A stretch of DNA of 64,000 nt from Mytilus californianus (GCF_021869535.1 NW_026262582.1:18910001-18974000), one strand, 5' to 3'; positions 27,441 to 41,776 are shown, counted from the stretch's first letter. Notes: generated from the letters alone by a model not told the origin. A program made the numbers and translations.

Positions 27441-28019
27441 TTGATATGAAGGGTTAGTGATCTTTGTGTTTGTATTATATAGTTGGGTTGTTGTGTATTG
27501 ACATGGTGACTTTTGATGTTTAATTTTATACCAGGATTAATTGGAAATAGACATAGAAACACTTGGACCTTCCACTTGTTCCATCTGACAGTAAAACCCA
27601 GCCTAAAAAATTGCGTCCTGTTGATTGTGCTTGATGTATGCGAAGGGTTTTAACCACAAGCAATGTCTTGTTTAAGTATAAAATTTAATTATCATTAATG
27701 ATATTAAAGGCAAAATTCGCCCCAACTGTAACTTCTACTTTGAAAAATAACTAGGTTTAAATAAATACGAATTGATAGAAGAAAACGAAACAATGATAAA
27801 AGCGGGTATAAAAGAAACAATTAAAAATAATTATTAGAAGAAAAACCCAAAAAGAAAAACCACAAAATAGCAAACAACAGTCTTCAAAACACTTTACAAG
27901 GAAATTAAAAACTATCGAACTTGATCTAACATCAGTGGTGATTCATGTTTCATACTTCAAATGTAGATTTTAAATTTTGCAGTTATTATTTATATATTGT
28001 CTGTAATGTAATGTTTCTC

Positions 28020-30790
28020 GTAAACAAATGATTTCAATTCGGGATACTATATGGGCATTGCATATCTCATGAGTCACGAATTAAGTCAAAATAGTTATAA
28101 ATATAACAGGACATCCACTAATCATCGGTAACAAATGTTTTTTTTTTTTTTTTTTTTTTTGCGAAAGCAGCCTTTGAGGAAATACTCAAATCCATCATTT
28201 CTGATCTTAAGAAGAAATCAAAGACACTATAAATGCAGATCTAATTTATTAATCTTAAAGATTTAACATAATACAAAGCAATAAAATGAATTCAAATTGA
28301 TCTAAGTAATATTTATTACAGAATGTGCAATAAAAAGACCCAATGTTGGGTAATGCCTTACGCATCATTTTTTTGTTCGTCAGAAAAATTAGGTTTTACC
28401 ACCAAGGGATGCATTATCCCCCTTTATCATAGGTTGAAGACAACAACACGTTATCCGTCGACTTTTATCGATTTTTTTTATCATGTTTAAATTACTGTCA
28501 CCTTAATTCATCTCTAACAAAACACAAAACAGATTAATGATTGATACAATCAAAGCTTACCACATCATCTTATTTTTATGTAAATAGTTTACCCATATGT
28601 AATACTCATTGTATATTTGAATCACAACATTCGTTTTCAAATCAAAATTTTTTAATTTCTATTAATGAAAAAAATTTTCATCCGATTCTGTTTGCAAGAT
28701 CTTAAATTATTCTGCTTGTTTTCACATCACTAATTAAACTCATAAAAGTTGGGAAACATAATTATCGACGGAAGAAATAATCAGCGGAAATAAATAAAAA
28801 AAAGAAAAAGACATACGATCCTCAAATTCTAGTTGATTATATCCGTTAATAATTTTAACGTCAGTAAGATTTTGAAGACTTATAAAGACTTTCCTGTTTT
28901 GGACACATTTCATCCTACTTTAATTTGACATTACCTTATGCGTGTTTCATTATTCCTGATTCTGAATAGCATGCTTCATTTTGAAGAAAAAACTAAATTG
29001 TACTGAGTTCCATGTACATGTATAAATTTTGATTTTATCTCTCTTTAAAAACTATGCATTGTGTTTTATTTCCTTGTTCCAGTTAGTGGTTATAATAATT
29101 GGCCCTTGTTCCGGTTAGTGGTTATGGTAATTGGTCCTTGTTCCAGTTAGTGGTTATGGTAATTGGCCCTTGTTCCAGTTAGTGGTTATGGTAATTGGCC
29201 CTTGTTCCAGTTAGTGGTTATGGTAATTGACCTGGTTGGAATTCTTATTGTGTGTTTTCCTTTACTTTACGACATATGAACAAGAAAGGCAAATGGGAAA
29301 ATTGTGTGCATGTAAAACTGGTTATTCCGGCCTTAATTTGTAGAAGCAGTAAGTCAGACTATCTTTTTAAAGTGCTGTTCGTTCTTTCTTGTACGTCTGA
29401 TCTGATGTAGTAATCGAATGCTGGTGGTTTGTGTGGTTTTTCGTACTGTTCAATAAGTTTTCATTATTTCTGTTTTTCTTTTAATCATTATCTTATCAGG
29501 TGTCTTATGTGGCATTTCATTAACAAATTCCAATACTATTTATTTTTTTACTTTTATGTCATACATGAGTGATAAAGGCAGTGCAAAACATTTTTCAATG
29601 TGTTAAGATACAAACTTCGATCCATTATAGTGTGTATTAAAGATAAACACTTTTAAAAACTATGAAATCATTGTAGATACGTTGTAAATTGAAAGCATTT
29701 TCCTAAACTCCAGATACAACTGAGAATTTTGGAACAGAATGAAACTTATCTTTATTTGAATTGATAAGCGCAACAAACTATTGACTTTACATATATTTGA
29801 CAGAAAACTCACAAAACAAATCTTTCATTGTCAAACTCATTGTTCAAAATGTCAATAAAAGGACCATTTTATTATGTTGCTAGTAAAATGGTACTTTTGT
29901 TTCATATTAAGCGATATGTCAGCTTTTTAGAACATTCTAAAACTGATCAATTCTGACCTTTATTAGAAATCAAAGCCTAAAGAAATGCAGATCCAATTTA
30001 TCAATCTTAACGATTGAACATAAAACAAAGCAATCTTATATTTTCAAATTCAATTACATGACATTACATTAATTACAGAAAATGCAATAAAAGGATTAAT
30101 ATTTGTGTAACGGCTGACATATCATTTTTTAAAAATCAGATTTTACCCTTTGTTAGTTTTGCCAGTAACAAAGGTTTAAGTCAAGTACACGTTATATGTT
30201 TTACGTTGGATATCGGTAAACTACTGTCCCATTAGATCATGCACAAGAAGTCATAAAGACAGTTTAATGATTGATACTATCATATTTTTATATTAAGAGT
30301 TGATCTAATTGTAATTGCCTTTTTGAATCCCAAACGTCTTTTTACAATTTAAAATTCAACTCAATAAATCAATTAAACGAGATTTTGTAGGATTCTGTTT
30401 ACACGTCGTTAAGTTAATCCAGTTGTTTTTGCATCACTTATTAACCTCATGAAAGTTAAGAAACATATTTGTCGACGGATGAAATAATCACCGGAAGTAA
30501 AACAAACATATAATTCTCAAATAGCTTTTAATTCCATCCGTTGGCAATTTTTACCGTCAGACAGTTTTTTAAACCTATATAGGTTCCCTTTTTGTGACAC
30601 ATTTTATTCTTCTTTTATTAGCTTGACATTAATATGTGTTTTATTGAAACTAATTTTGAATAGATTGCCTCATCATATGCAGAATACCTGTATTCAACTT
30701 TATTTTCAAAATTGACGAAAAATTGAATTATACTTAATTCCATTTATAAGTAAAAATGCTTGCCATCGTCATTTAATGATTTGTTTGGCA
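28020..30790 (+). pseudogene. Decayed LRR gene(s) with several hydrophobic segments, type C plus partial second copy C'
   Basis: LRR-like FTSLIKLIK (28721), NILKLINSDLIRNQ (29931), ITENAIKGLI (~30074). Hydrophobic SLFQLVVMVIDLVGILIVCFPLL (~29200), VFIISVFLLIIILSGVLCGISL (~29457), SSFISLTLICVLLKLILN (~30608). 28217-28980 is paralogous to 29966-30720. Confidence 0.4.
29072..29231. repeat. Tandem repeat, 32 bp x 5
   Basis: ccttgttccagttagtggttatggtaattggc units start at 29072, 29104, 29136, 29168 and 29200. Confidence 0.95.
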
Positions 30791-33700
30791 ATGGTTTTTT
30801 AATTGCTAGTTAAGGACATAATAATAAAAATTATGCTTTTTTGTATGTTTTGGTTGCTGCGTTTTTCACATATGCTCTCTATGTATTTGTTATCTAATTA
30901 TGCCTGTCGTAAAAGTTCATTTGCATGTGTAATAAAGGTTCTATGAAACAAGAAAGTCAATAAATAAAAAACAATACACTTTTTCATTAATTTCCAAAAT
31001 AAATACATCTATAAATTTTCAAAATGACGCAAGCTATTCAAAATCAACTGGCAGTATAAACAAAACATATATTTATGTGACACTATTATAAACACAAATA
31101 AAAGGATTACGCAAAAAGATTTTTTTTATGTGTTTTAAGAAATCTACCAATGACGTTGACATAACGGACGCAATCAAATGATATTTGAGGATCATATGTC
31201 TTTTAACTTCCGCTTCTTATTTCATCTGTCGATAACAAAAAAATAAATGCATAGAAAGGATAAACTTATAGATTACGAGTAATACCACTGCATAAAACAT
31301 ATACTGATACCTCGAATAACATACAATAAACATGCATTTTATATTTTGATCATGGGGGGGAAATATTTTTCACATTATAAATCTTGAAATTCGAAATGGA
31401 AAATTCTTAAGTATATGTTCAGGTTAGCGTATTTTAGAGTATTCAAATACGGATAGCTATCAAGATAAAAACAAAAACAAAAACAAAAACAAAGAAATAA
31501 GAAGAAAAAAAATCAAAAGAATCCGAAGAGCAATGCAATAAAGGCTGGCTTCAGTCTACGATAAAAATGTTTAAACTGTTTTTGTTATGCAAATAATTCA
31601 ATCTTACGATTACGTGATGTGATTTTAGAAGAAGGTACGGATAACTTTGTTATATAATAACTTCATAATAAAGATAAATTACATCATTGTATGACTGCTT
31701 CAATGAAAAACAGCACGTGGCCAGAATTAGATGGTTATTATGTAACAAGATATTGATAAAAGTGTCTTGAACAAATTTAATTTAAAATACAACATGACAA
31801 AGCAATCAAATTTCCAAGTTCAAATCCTCGACAATTACATGTATTCCATTAACAATGATCTTATAGAATTATTTTACACGTGACTAGTCTATATCAAAGA
31901 CTATTTTATGCATTAATGCAATAGAATTCCGCTATATTATATTGCAAAAGAAACAAGTTTAATGATAATAATGTTCTGATAATCATAAAGCAAGTCAGGG
32001 ATTACAGCGTTAAATACAACAGATTGTGAAAGCACGCAATCAAAAATTTCCTAATATCATTGAGTTCTTTCACGGTATGAACTATTTCAGTTTAAAACAT
32101 ACCGGTTTCTATCAATGATATATTTCTTATAAATTGTTTTTTATATATTTGTTAAACCTTATACATACTTAAAGACAATGGCATTCGTCTTGAGTTATAT
32201 TACGCATTGATCATGAGCCTATTTTTGTTATATAATATGTAATAAATTCCTTTATGTCTCTATAGAAAATCAGCTACAGAAACCTTTGTAAGGGAATTCA
32301 AAACAAATAGAAGCAGTAAATGGTCAATAAAAAGATAAGAAGTTAGAGCAGATATACCATAGGTAATCTACGATTGCAACGTTTGCATTATTCTTTAATT
32401 GGCCTGGTCAACCTAATATAATAATGAAACAATCATTGTGACGAGACCATTTCGGTAGGTCAATTTAGTATATGAGACTTGAGGTTTATCCACTTTAAAA
32501 CAATTCGATTGTAATGCAATACATTAGTCAGAATGACAAGTTGTGGGAGATCGTTTTAAATACCCTAGATGAATCCTTACCCCAAAACAAATCAGTGCTA
32601 GTTACATTTCAGCTCAATACCTTTCATAAGGTGCTTCTATATTGTTATATTACCGCAGAAAATCTTTAGGAAATATGACAACCTGAGATCTGTAGACCAA
32701 TATCAAACTTAATACAAGTTAGTTAACTGTAAAATGTATATAGTTCAAAAGAAGTTTAAAATGATGCTGTTAAACATCCGTTGAAGAATTTTTACACAAA
32801 ACTATAGTATGTTATGTTATTGAATATTTGAACTCTAACGTAAAATTAATTACAGTATTTTGGTCGCAATCTTATTGCTCATGGTAAGTCTCTCAAAGAT
32901 ATACTTTGATGTATGTTTGTAGATTTTTTAATCTGATTGCAAACTTAAGGGCCCAAGATATTTGTTGGAAACCAATGTTAAGAGTTTCATTTATAGCAAA
33001 CTATATATTACTGGGTGTTTTTGCATTGCTGAAGACCGTACGTACGGTGAACTACGTTCTTTTTTACATTCTCATCCTTTTGTCTCTAGTAGATAGTTGT
33101 CTCATTCGGAGTCAGACCACATCTCCTTATTTTTTATATTAATATTAATCCCAGGCATCGGGTTTTTTGATGTGATGGTATGTAGACTGTTGTTTATTCA
33201 TGGTGTTTTTTTTTTTGTATTCTTGGCTACGGTGGTATCTGACATTCTTGAACTTATGTTTTAATAAGCCTATTGTTATGTTTATAGAGGATATATAACG
33301 GTATTTCAAACAAAAGAGTGTTTATCTGCTTCAATCTCATCGAAGGTCGACAGCCTTGCAAAAAGATGTGGCCGAGAAACATCCTCGCGTTTGTAAGAAA
33401 ATCGATAATCTGTTTATCGCTATTTTGTCTATGAGGTTAGCATGATATGAAAAACTATCACACAAACAGATCAAAAGAAACATACAAAAAATTGCGATAA
33501 TCAAATTATATTAATAGTAAGTGATAAAAAGCATCTAAGATGATCGACAAAACGTCATTCATATTACCATACAGTCTGAAGTCGGATTAAAATAGTCCGT
33601 GAAAATATTAAGATGAATGTAGAGTGACAAATAATCCAAGTTATTATGGTTCATCGTTTTACATTCGATTTACAAGTCTTTATTTTCCGGTTCCAATATT

Positions 33701-35914
33701 GAGGGGTATTGCCATAGCCTTGTAATGTACACCAAGATAGATAAGGAATCTTGGAAACAATCCTCATAATTCAATCGTTTCTGTTTAGCAGGAAAAACTT
33801 TAAATGTGACATTTATCTTAGAAATAATAATAATCACATTGTATTTTAAGGATTAGTACGTAGGATCTTCTACTTTCTATTTATAACGCAGCATGTTCAC
33901 ATCAATTATTTAGCAAAAGATTGCGGAATGCTGTATGCTGCAAGTGTTACGGTAATCATAAATAACTAGAAGTAATTGATAAATAATTTCTAAAAAGACT
34001 TTTACTTGGTACCAAACCTAACGGAATTATTTCATTTTATAATTTTCCTAATTACCTAGTAAGAAACCTTCCCTAAATTCAAAATTTTATCCGATGCATA
34101 TATTTAATTTTATAGAATTAAAAAAATGAAAATGTCACAAGACTTTACACTTTAATGCAACTGATTTATCAATACTTTTCCAATGCAATTCCGTTCAGTA
34201 AAAAATCCTGTCGGAAGTAAATTCAGCTCTCTGTAGAGAAACATTTCAGATTTCAAAATTAAACGCGACATTTTTATTGTATTAGTCATTGACATTTTCA
34301 ATGTATCATCTCACAATATAATGAGATAGTGTTTACGTCTATTAGTAAACAAAACTAAAACATGTAACCTCCAAAATAGACATTTAAGGTCAACTAAATG
34401 CTTTGCCAATTTAAAGGTTTAATGATCGCCATTTCGAATAAATACGATTTGTCCAAGGTGTGTCACCTTTCGAGGTGTATATTTTCTTGGTCTAAAATCT
34501 TATGACACTAAAATAGTCGTCTGATCTACATTTAAAACATTACTTCCTATGGTGACTACAGTTTGTAATGAATCTATAAAAGTAAACACTTACCCTATTA
34601 AGGCGCCATTTCTAGTTTCGTGCAATTCTTTAAAAAAAATGGTGATTTTTGGCTGATTTAAAAAAAATGTATTCGCGAGTTTGATTTTTGAAAACTATTG
34701 TTAAACAGTTATTCTGAAGTTCTATCCAACGATATAAATGAAATGCTGGGTGCTGTACTTTAGGTCCTTTTTGGTTTAATCCGCTCTTCAACATGCTCCA
34801 CATTTGTTTAAGCATTTCTTATATTTAAATATTTGGGCCTTGAGTATCACTGAAAAAAAAACCAACATTAATCGTCGAAATGCGCATCCGGTCCACTAAC
34901 ATTAGTACCTTTTATGTTTTTCCGTATGTGGAATGAGACAAATTTAATCAGCGAGCGGTTTTATCAAACTGATTACTGAAAGATCTATATTTGGAAAAGT
35001 CACAAACAAAGGATCGATTAAAAAGCAATAATACAAACACCTTGCATAGATATGTTTTTTTTTGTTCGTTTTGTAGGGGGAGGTAGAGGGTGGAGGGAAG
35101 GGGGTTTTAGTCAGTCTCTAAATAAAGTCAATAAAACAAAATATTACGAACATCCGTCAAATATTGATTAGCAAAATAGTACATGTACTTCCTGCACGCT
35201 GACTTGATCTCGTAATCATACATACGTGTACGACTTATAATGCAATTGCAATGATCATACCATACTGAAATGAATGGTGGCCTGATGATGCAAAATTTTG
35301 CTTTCACGATTTTATATCTTCACCTTTAGATATTTTCGTGTTTTTCGTTTGCGTGTTTTCATCTTCTTTTTTGTTGCCATATGGAATACTAATGGTGATT
35401 AATCAAAACGACACACGTAGATTGAAACCGTCATACAATGACCGGTGTACATGGATAGGAAAAGTCAAACCTAGAATGACAATATATAACCTCGACAGCA
35501 TTACAAAAAAAGGATAGTGGTGTGCGTGTGTATTCAACTCAGATAATAAAACTTGATAGATCGGAATATCTAGACAAATCCTAATAGGGTTTACATTTGA
35601 GCAAACATGGCTCCGTGAATAAGAAACCACATTGGAAATACAATAGTTTTTTTTTTATTTCCATTTGCTTTAATATTTTTCTATCTCGTCATTTTCTTTC
35701 TTTCATTTTGTTTTAACTGTTTATTTTTTATACATGTTTTCCGGATTCCGTGGATTTCGTATAATTGTTTTAAAATACAATCTCTCATTGTATATACTTA
35801 ATTGTTAACTTTACATCACTAAGTTTACTGCTATTCACACATAGTTTTGGACTCAATTAGCCTCCTTATGGCGTATCCTATATCGTTGTTAGACGAAAAC
35901 AATAAACAGAAGAA

Positions 35915-37097
35915 TTAAAAACCAATTGTTCAGAGAACAATTGAAGGTCTTTCCACCCATAAAGATCTATTTTGATATGAAAATATTAAAATTTGGTTTT
36001 AAATGTCATTTCCAGCGTCAAACGATAGCTTATTGTACGCTGATTCCAAAAACATATGGTTTCTATACATTTTTATTTTAAATAAGGGAGATAATTTGTC
36101 ACTTCCGTTTTGAAAAATGTTACTTCCGGTATAACTTGATTGTTTACTTGACACTGATTCCAAAAATATATGGTTCTATATACTTTTATATTAAATAAGT
36201 ACAAAAAATAGCTACTTCCGGTTTACACAAGGTCACTTCCGGTTGGATTTTCCAAGGTCAAATGGCTTGCAACCAAATGCAAAAAGTCCCATGGTCAAAA
36301 TCTAGAACGTCAAATTTACCTATGACCTTGAGCTCAATTTCAAGGTCGTTAACCAAGGACCTCAAATCAAAAGACCCTAGGTCTTAGTTATATATGGTTA
36401 ATGAGTTATATCACCATACGCGTATTTTTAAATACAAGAGGGGAGAAAACTCTTATTTAATGTTAGCGCACCCTTTAAATCAAAATGTATGTGTTACGAC
36501 ATGTCGCAACTAACAATTTAGTAATAATATGTTGTCGATATCTTATACAGTTTTTGAAAAGAAGTGAGAATAAGCCAAAATCAAAATTTAGAATATGACC
36601 TTGACCTTTGACCTTGACCTAATTTTCTTTTTTTTGGACCAAGGACCTCAAATCCAAAGACCCTAGGCCAATATCACTTATGGTTTACCAGTTAGAAATG
36701 CAAATTACTTATATCAAATGCTTAAGGGGAAATAACTCTCATATGGAGTCTCCGGAACGCTTCGGTGAAAACCAAACTCAACATCCTGAAGATATAGCGA
36801 GCAATTTAGTAAAATAAATTTGTTGTAATCATTTATGGTTGCGAAGGAGTAGTGGCCACAAGAAAAACAGTGTTTGGGGAGATAACTCTTACAACGTTAA
36901 GTATTCGGTTAAGCGGTTGTCAGTTTCAAAAGCGTATAAACTGTTCGATATCATATACCAAAAATCTAAGCGACATCTTATAAAACAACAATACTACGCA
37001 AGAAAAAAATTAGGCGGAAGAAAAAGAAAAAAAAAATTATAATAATAATCAGAACAAAATCAATAGGTCTTTCCATGGAAAAGTGGAAAGACCTAAA
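35915..37097 (+). mobile_element. Non-autonomous Helentron-associated (HINE/DINE-1-like) element
   Basis: 5' hairpin caattgttc-aga-gaacaattg then subTIR aggtctttcca (35945). 3' aggtctttcca..tggaaagacct stem-loop (37065-37094). Internal repeats (ccaaggacctcaaatc at ~36352 and ~36638; tgaccttgacc). Confidence 0.7.
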
Positions 37098-37299
37098 TAT
37101 AACATTCGTCACTTCTAGTTAATCGATAGTCGTGCATACACAGATAAATGCGACGGTTACATGGGCAATGTAGCAATATAAAAAAAAATGCGTAAGTATG
37201 AATTTAGTTCGGCCGAGTACGTTCACTTTCAAATTACATTTATAATAACGCTGATTAATATAATACGATATATATGACTTCAAAAACGTTTCCTTTTTT

Positions 37300-39830
37300 T
37301 TTCATAGTGGTTGTGTTTTTTACATGAGTGAAGTAATTTGTCGTTTTCAATGTTGTCTAGGATACTATTTCTATCAGATGAATGATATATTCAACAGGAT
37401 CAGATGTTACTATCAAATTATTAACTTAAACGATTAAAGCAATCATGTTTCAACTGTTTGCGACATACTTTGATGCAAGCGGTTACAACATCGAACAGTT
37501 TTTCGAGTCATCAGGTATATTTTTTTTATCTTTAATAGAGCTTTTTTTTACAACTTAAACATACTTCCTCCGACATTTATCCGATAATCAACTATCGATT
37601 GCTTAAACAGTATGGAATTTATATAAAATTCATCTGACTTGGCACAAATTATTGCAATAAAATTACATATTTTTTTTGTGTTTCGTGACATTCGGGTGAG
37701 GGAAGTCATTTCCAACTGATTTTTACAGTTTCTTTGTATAGTATACACTGTTCACGGTTAAGAGAGGACTGCACTTTCTTCACAAACATGTTTAACACCG
37801 CCATATTCTTTATGTACCTGTCTCAATTCAGGAGCCTGTCGTTCAGAGCTTGTTGTTGATCGTTGTCTTCCGTATTTGGTTTTCGTCTATTGGTTAGTCA
37901 TAAATCAAGCCGTTGATTTTTTAGTTTGATTCGTTTTACATTTCGTCATGTTAAAGACTTTTATAGCTAACTATAGCATTGTATATATACAGTATTGATT
38001 TTGTCCATTGCTGAAGACCGTCTCAAGCTGAAGTTGCCCGACAATTCAACGATCATCAGCATCTAATTTAACGCGTTTGAATTGGATCTTATCAAACTGA
38101 GTGAGCTCAAGATAATCACAGAAGTGGTAGGTAACTACTATTCCAGCCCACGATCGCTATTTCACGGGTTTTCAACTATGAAACCTTCAGCCGGTGCTGC
38201 TAGAATCCTATATTAACAGAAGGAGACTTTCTGCCCACATAGTTTGTAACAGGCTTCGCCAACGTAGAATTCGACCAAGTAGACCTTATATTGAACCAGT
38301 ATTTGCATAGAAACACAAATGTGCAAATGTTCGTTGGTGTCATACATTGAGGGTCTGAACTTTGTGACTACTTTGGTCCAGCGATTGATCCAAAAATGTT
38401 CGCAGCATAAACTACAACCTCATGACAAATCTAGTGTGTATCCAAGGGAATTTAAGGACTTGACATTATAGAGATAATATTATTCCGCCACGTGAACTCA
38501 ATGTTATTTACTGACAGGTCAATACCCAATCTGATAAAGCAAGGGTAACCATGGACATGATGCAAGTCCTAACTTAGAACAACATTATTATATTGCCATG
38601 GTCCGCAATCGATGTCGCCTTAGAACATCTTTTGGACGATCATAATAAAAGTGTCCGCTAATGCCAATCCTCAACATAATCATTGGACCAACTAAGTTGC
38701 GTTGCAACATGAATGAAAAAGGGGGACAAGGGTCAAAATGCAAATTTTGATTCTCCATGACAAGAAAATGCAGAACAATGTAAGTCTTACATGTTGGTCT
38801 AAATATGTACTTTAGCGTTGCCGGACATTAACCCACTTTATAACATGTGACTGTTTTTTTCTTCTTCAAATGTTTACGCAGTAGCCGTATGAAACGGGTA
38901 TATGAATACTTAAGCTCAAAGTACAAAAGCAATGCTGTAAATCATCGACTTGATATATACGAAATAATAACTTGAAATAACCTTTATGTGTTTTGTAAAT
39001 AATATATACCAGCTAGGCTGTCATCCCAAATTACTGTACATATTTCTGGAGATAAAAGAACAGAACAAACTATTGCTTTACAGCCTTCAGAAAACCACTT
39101 TAGTATTTAAAAAATGAACTAAAAAAATAAACAAATCAACAATAAAAGGTAAACACCATTGCATTTCTTTACAACACCGAATCCAGCTCAAATTATTTGC
39201 CCATTTTTGTTTTTGATGCTTTTTGCGTTCAAAATCTGGTTTATAACTAAGAGGATTTCTATTTACCATAATGCACTTTACACATTGTTTACATGTTGGT
39301 CTTTCTTTAAAAATAAACCAATCTAAATAAGATTTTAGAATGTCCGACTCAATTAAACCCTTTCAATTTCATAACCAAATTAACCATGGATTTCAATCAT
39401 AGTTACGTAAGATTGACCTAGCAAATAAACATTTGAGAGCTGACACATTTTCCATATGAAATAAACAAGTAATCTCTTTGTACTTTATCAAACACGACGT
39501 ACATGCTAACCTTAATTCATATTGAAAATCAAATCAAGCATAGAGATTTAATTTATATATTATATTGGGAATCGGTTGTTGTCATTGAACAAGACGTTCA
39601 CATTTTGTATAAGTATTGATAGATTGGATATTTTCTTTCCAAAAAGCATATTTCAAGAACTGAAAGAATGCAGATACATTTATCTGATTGCAATAGAACT
39701 TGGTCTTTTTTAGATTTCAGTTAAGTTTTATTATGCTTGGTTTGTTTTCATTTGATTTTTTATCCTTGAATACGTTCCTTGTTACAAGATTTGTAAAGGA
39801 TGATTTTCGATGCACAAACTTTTCCATGTG
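37300..39830 (+). repeat. Local duplication family II, copy 1
   Basis: 37790-39830 collinear with 42090-44360; 37360-37650 and 39365-39700 also match 49160-49465 and 50380-50720. Confidence 0.85.
38021..38835 (+). mobile_element. Degenerate Tc1-family transposase
   Basis: SQAEVARQFN..HRSGR..AHDRYF..SAHIVCNRLRQRRIRPSRPY..VRW, then TNLVCIQGNL..YRDNII..NNIIILPW..LEHLLD..SMTRKC. Matches Tc1 HTH and DDE motifs; many stops and frameshifts, N-terminus truncated. Confidence 0.9.
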
Positions 39831-41776
39831 TATGCTGATACAGTTTTGAACATAACAATAAAAAATAGTATAGCTTTATGAAATTTCTAAATTTAATAAT
39901 TGTTTCGTGAATTTGAGAATCGATTTACTACCGCGTCAAAATTTCTAAAACCATTATGCTTTCAATTTTAATCTCTTTAATTATTATCGTATTGTCAAAA
40001 ACTGTTGAAGTCGAAAATCAACCATGCGATGTTGTGCTCTATTGATGTTAGTTTATGTGATCTAACAAATTGCTTCGACAGGGGAAGTACACAATAACAA
40101 AAATAAAATTAAGAATGGAAATGGTGAATGTGTCAAAGAGACAACAACCCGACCAAAGAGCAGAAAACAGCCGAAGGCCACCAATGGGTCTTCAACACAG
40201 CAAGATTATCCCGCACCCGGAGACGGGCTTCAGCTAGACCCTAAGCAAAAATGTGTACTAGTTCAGTGAAAATGGACGTCACACTAAACTCCAAAACATA
40301 TAAATGAACTAAAATTAAAAAACAAACAAGACTAACAAAGGCCAGAGACTTAAGAAAGGCGCAAAAAGAGCGGCGGGGTTAAACATGTTTTGTGAGATCT
40401 CAACCCTCCCCCTATACTTCTAGTCAATGTAGCATAAACAAACACACAGCAATACGCACAGTAATACTCAGTTTAAAAGAAGTCCGACTCCGATGTCAGA
40501 AAAGGTAACAAAAGAAACTAAGCAAAATTACAATGATACATAAATTAACAAAGGACTACATTTTGTACTAGCAGTTACTGACATGCCAGCTTCAGACCTC
40601 AATCAAACTGATTGAAATATTATGTCTTTATCATATGAAAATCAAGCACAATCCCTCCCGTTAGGGGTAAATAACGCTCATAATAATGGCATCTGAGAAA
40701 ATTGCAGGATATGAACATTGATTTTTCTCGTCTAAGGGAAATGTTTTCCCCTGGAAGGTGGTCAGACCGGCTGTGTTGGATGTATAAATGTGAAGTCACA
40801 TCCGTCTGGATGACTAGACGTTCTATTTTGGATTCCTTGTGCTCGGCAAAGTGCCGATATCGTATACAGATTAAGACCACAGACAACGCAACGTTCGTAA
40901 AACGCTGTTATATATTATAATTAAAACAAGGGAAATATGAAGGATTCTTTTTCTGCATCATTTTCCCTAGTAGCTCATAAGTAATGTAAAATTATATAAA
41001 TCACATCTCCCTAATCATATCTCTTTTTATTAATATTATGTATAAATTGAGAATTTATCTTAAGCGTTGCTGCCTTGAAAAAAACTTGCTGCAAGTTGTG
41101 AGTTTAATTTTCGTGTTTACGATTCACTATGATTTGGAATCACTATGGGGTATATCAATAACAGTGCTACACTTACTATGGGATTTATAAATTGTATAAA
41201 ATGATTTTGTGCCATAATGAAATACGTCCTAACCCTTTGTGTCAATTGAACTTACAGCTGTTATTTCGATCTTTGAAAATTTTCAGCATATAAATGCCGC
41301 TTTTCTATCCATCTGTATCACTTATACACCGAATAATTATGTGGATTGTAAAAATAATATATTATATAACACTTATCATGATCGTATCACTTGGTTCCGA
41401 CATTAATGTCGGACAATTTTTTGGAAAGATCCATGTTACAGCATGTATTGCCACTAGTCATATATAGCATAAGAGAGGCGAAGGATACCAAAGGGATAAT
41501 TTAACTCATAAGTCCAAAAGATAATGGCAATGCCATGGCAAAATACGAAAAGCGACCAAAAGACAAACGGGTGTTATTGAATTTCGGAGCGTATTCGTGG
41601 CATACAGTTTATAGTTATGTAAACATGACTCCTGTGATTCAGAAAAAACTTAAGAAATACTGTGGTATTTTTTTGTTGTTGATTAAAATATTTTTTTTCT
41701 TTTTCTCTCTTGTTGTTTTCTTTCCGTCCTTTTGTTTTAACAGTTACTATTACTGACCATTACTATTTTGTACTTG

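Noticed and set aside
29072-29231. 32 bp repeats as a possible CRISPR array
   Set aside because: Head-to-tail with no spacers, eukaryotic context, no cas genes.
35074-35105. G-rich tract as a G-quadruplex
   Set aside because: Isolated, with no linked gene or conserved context.
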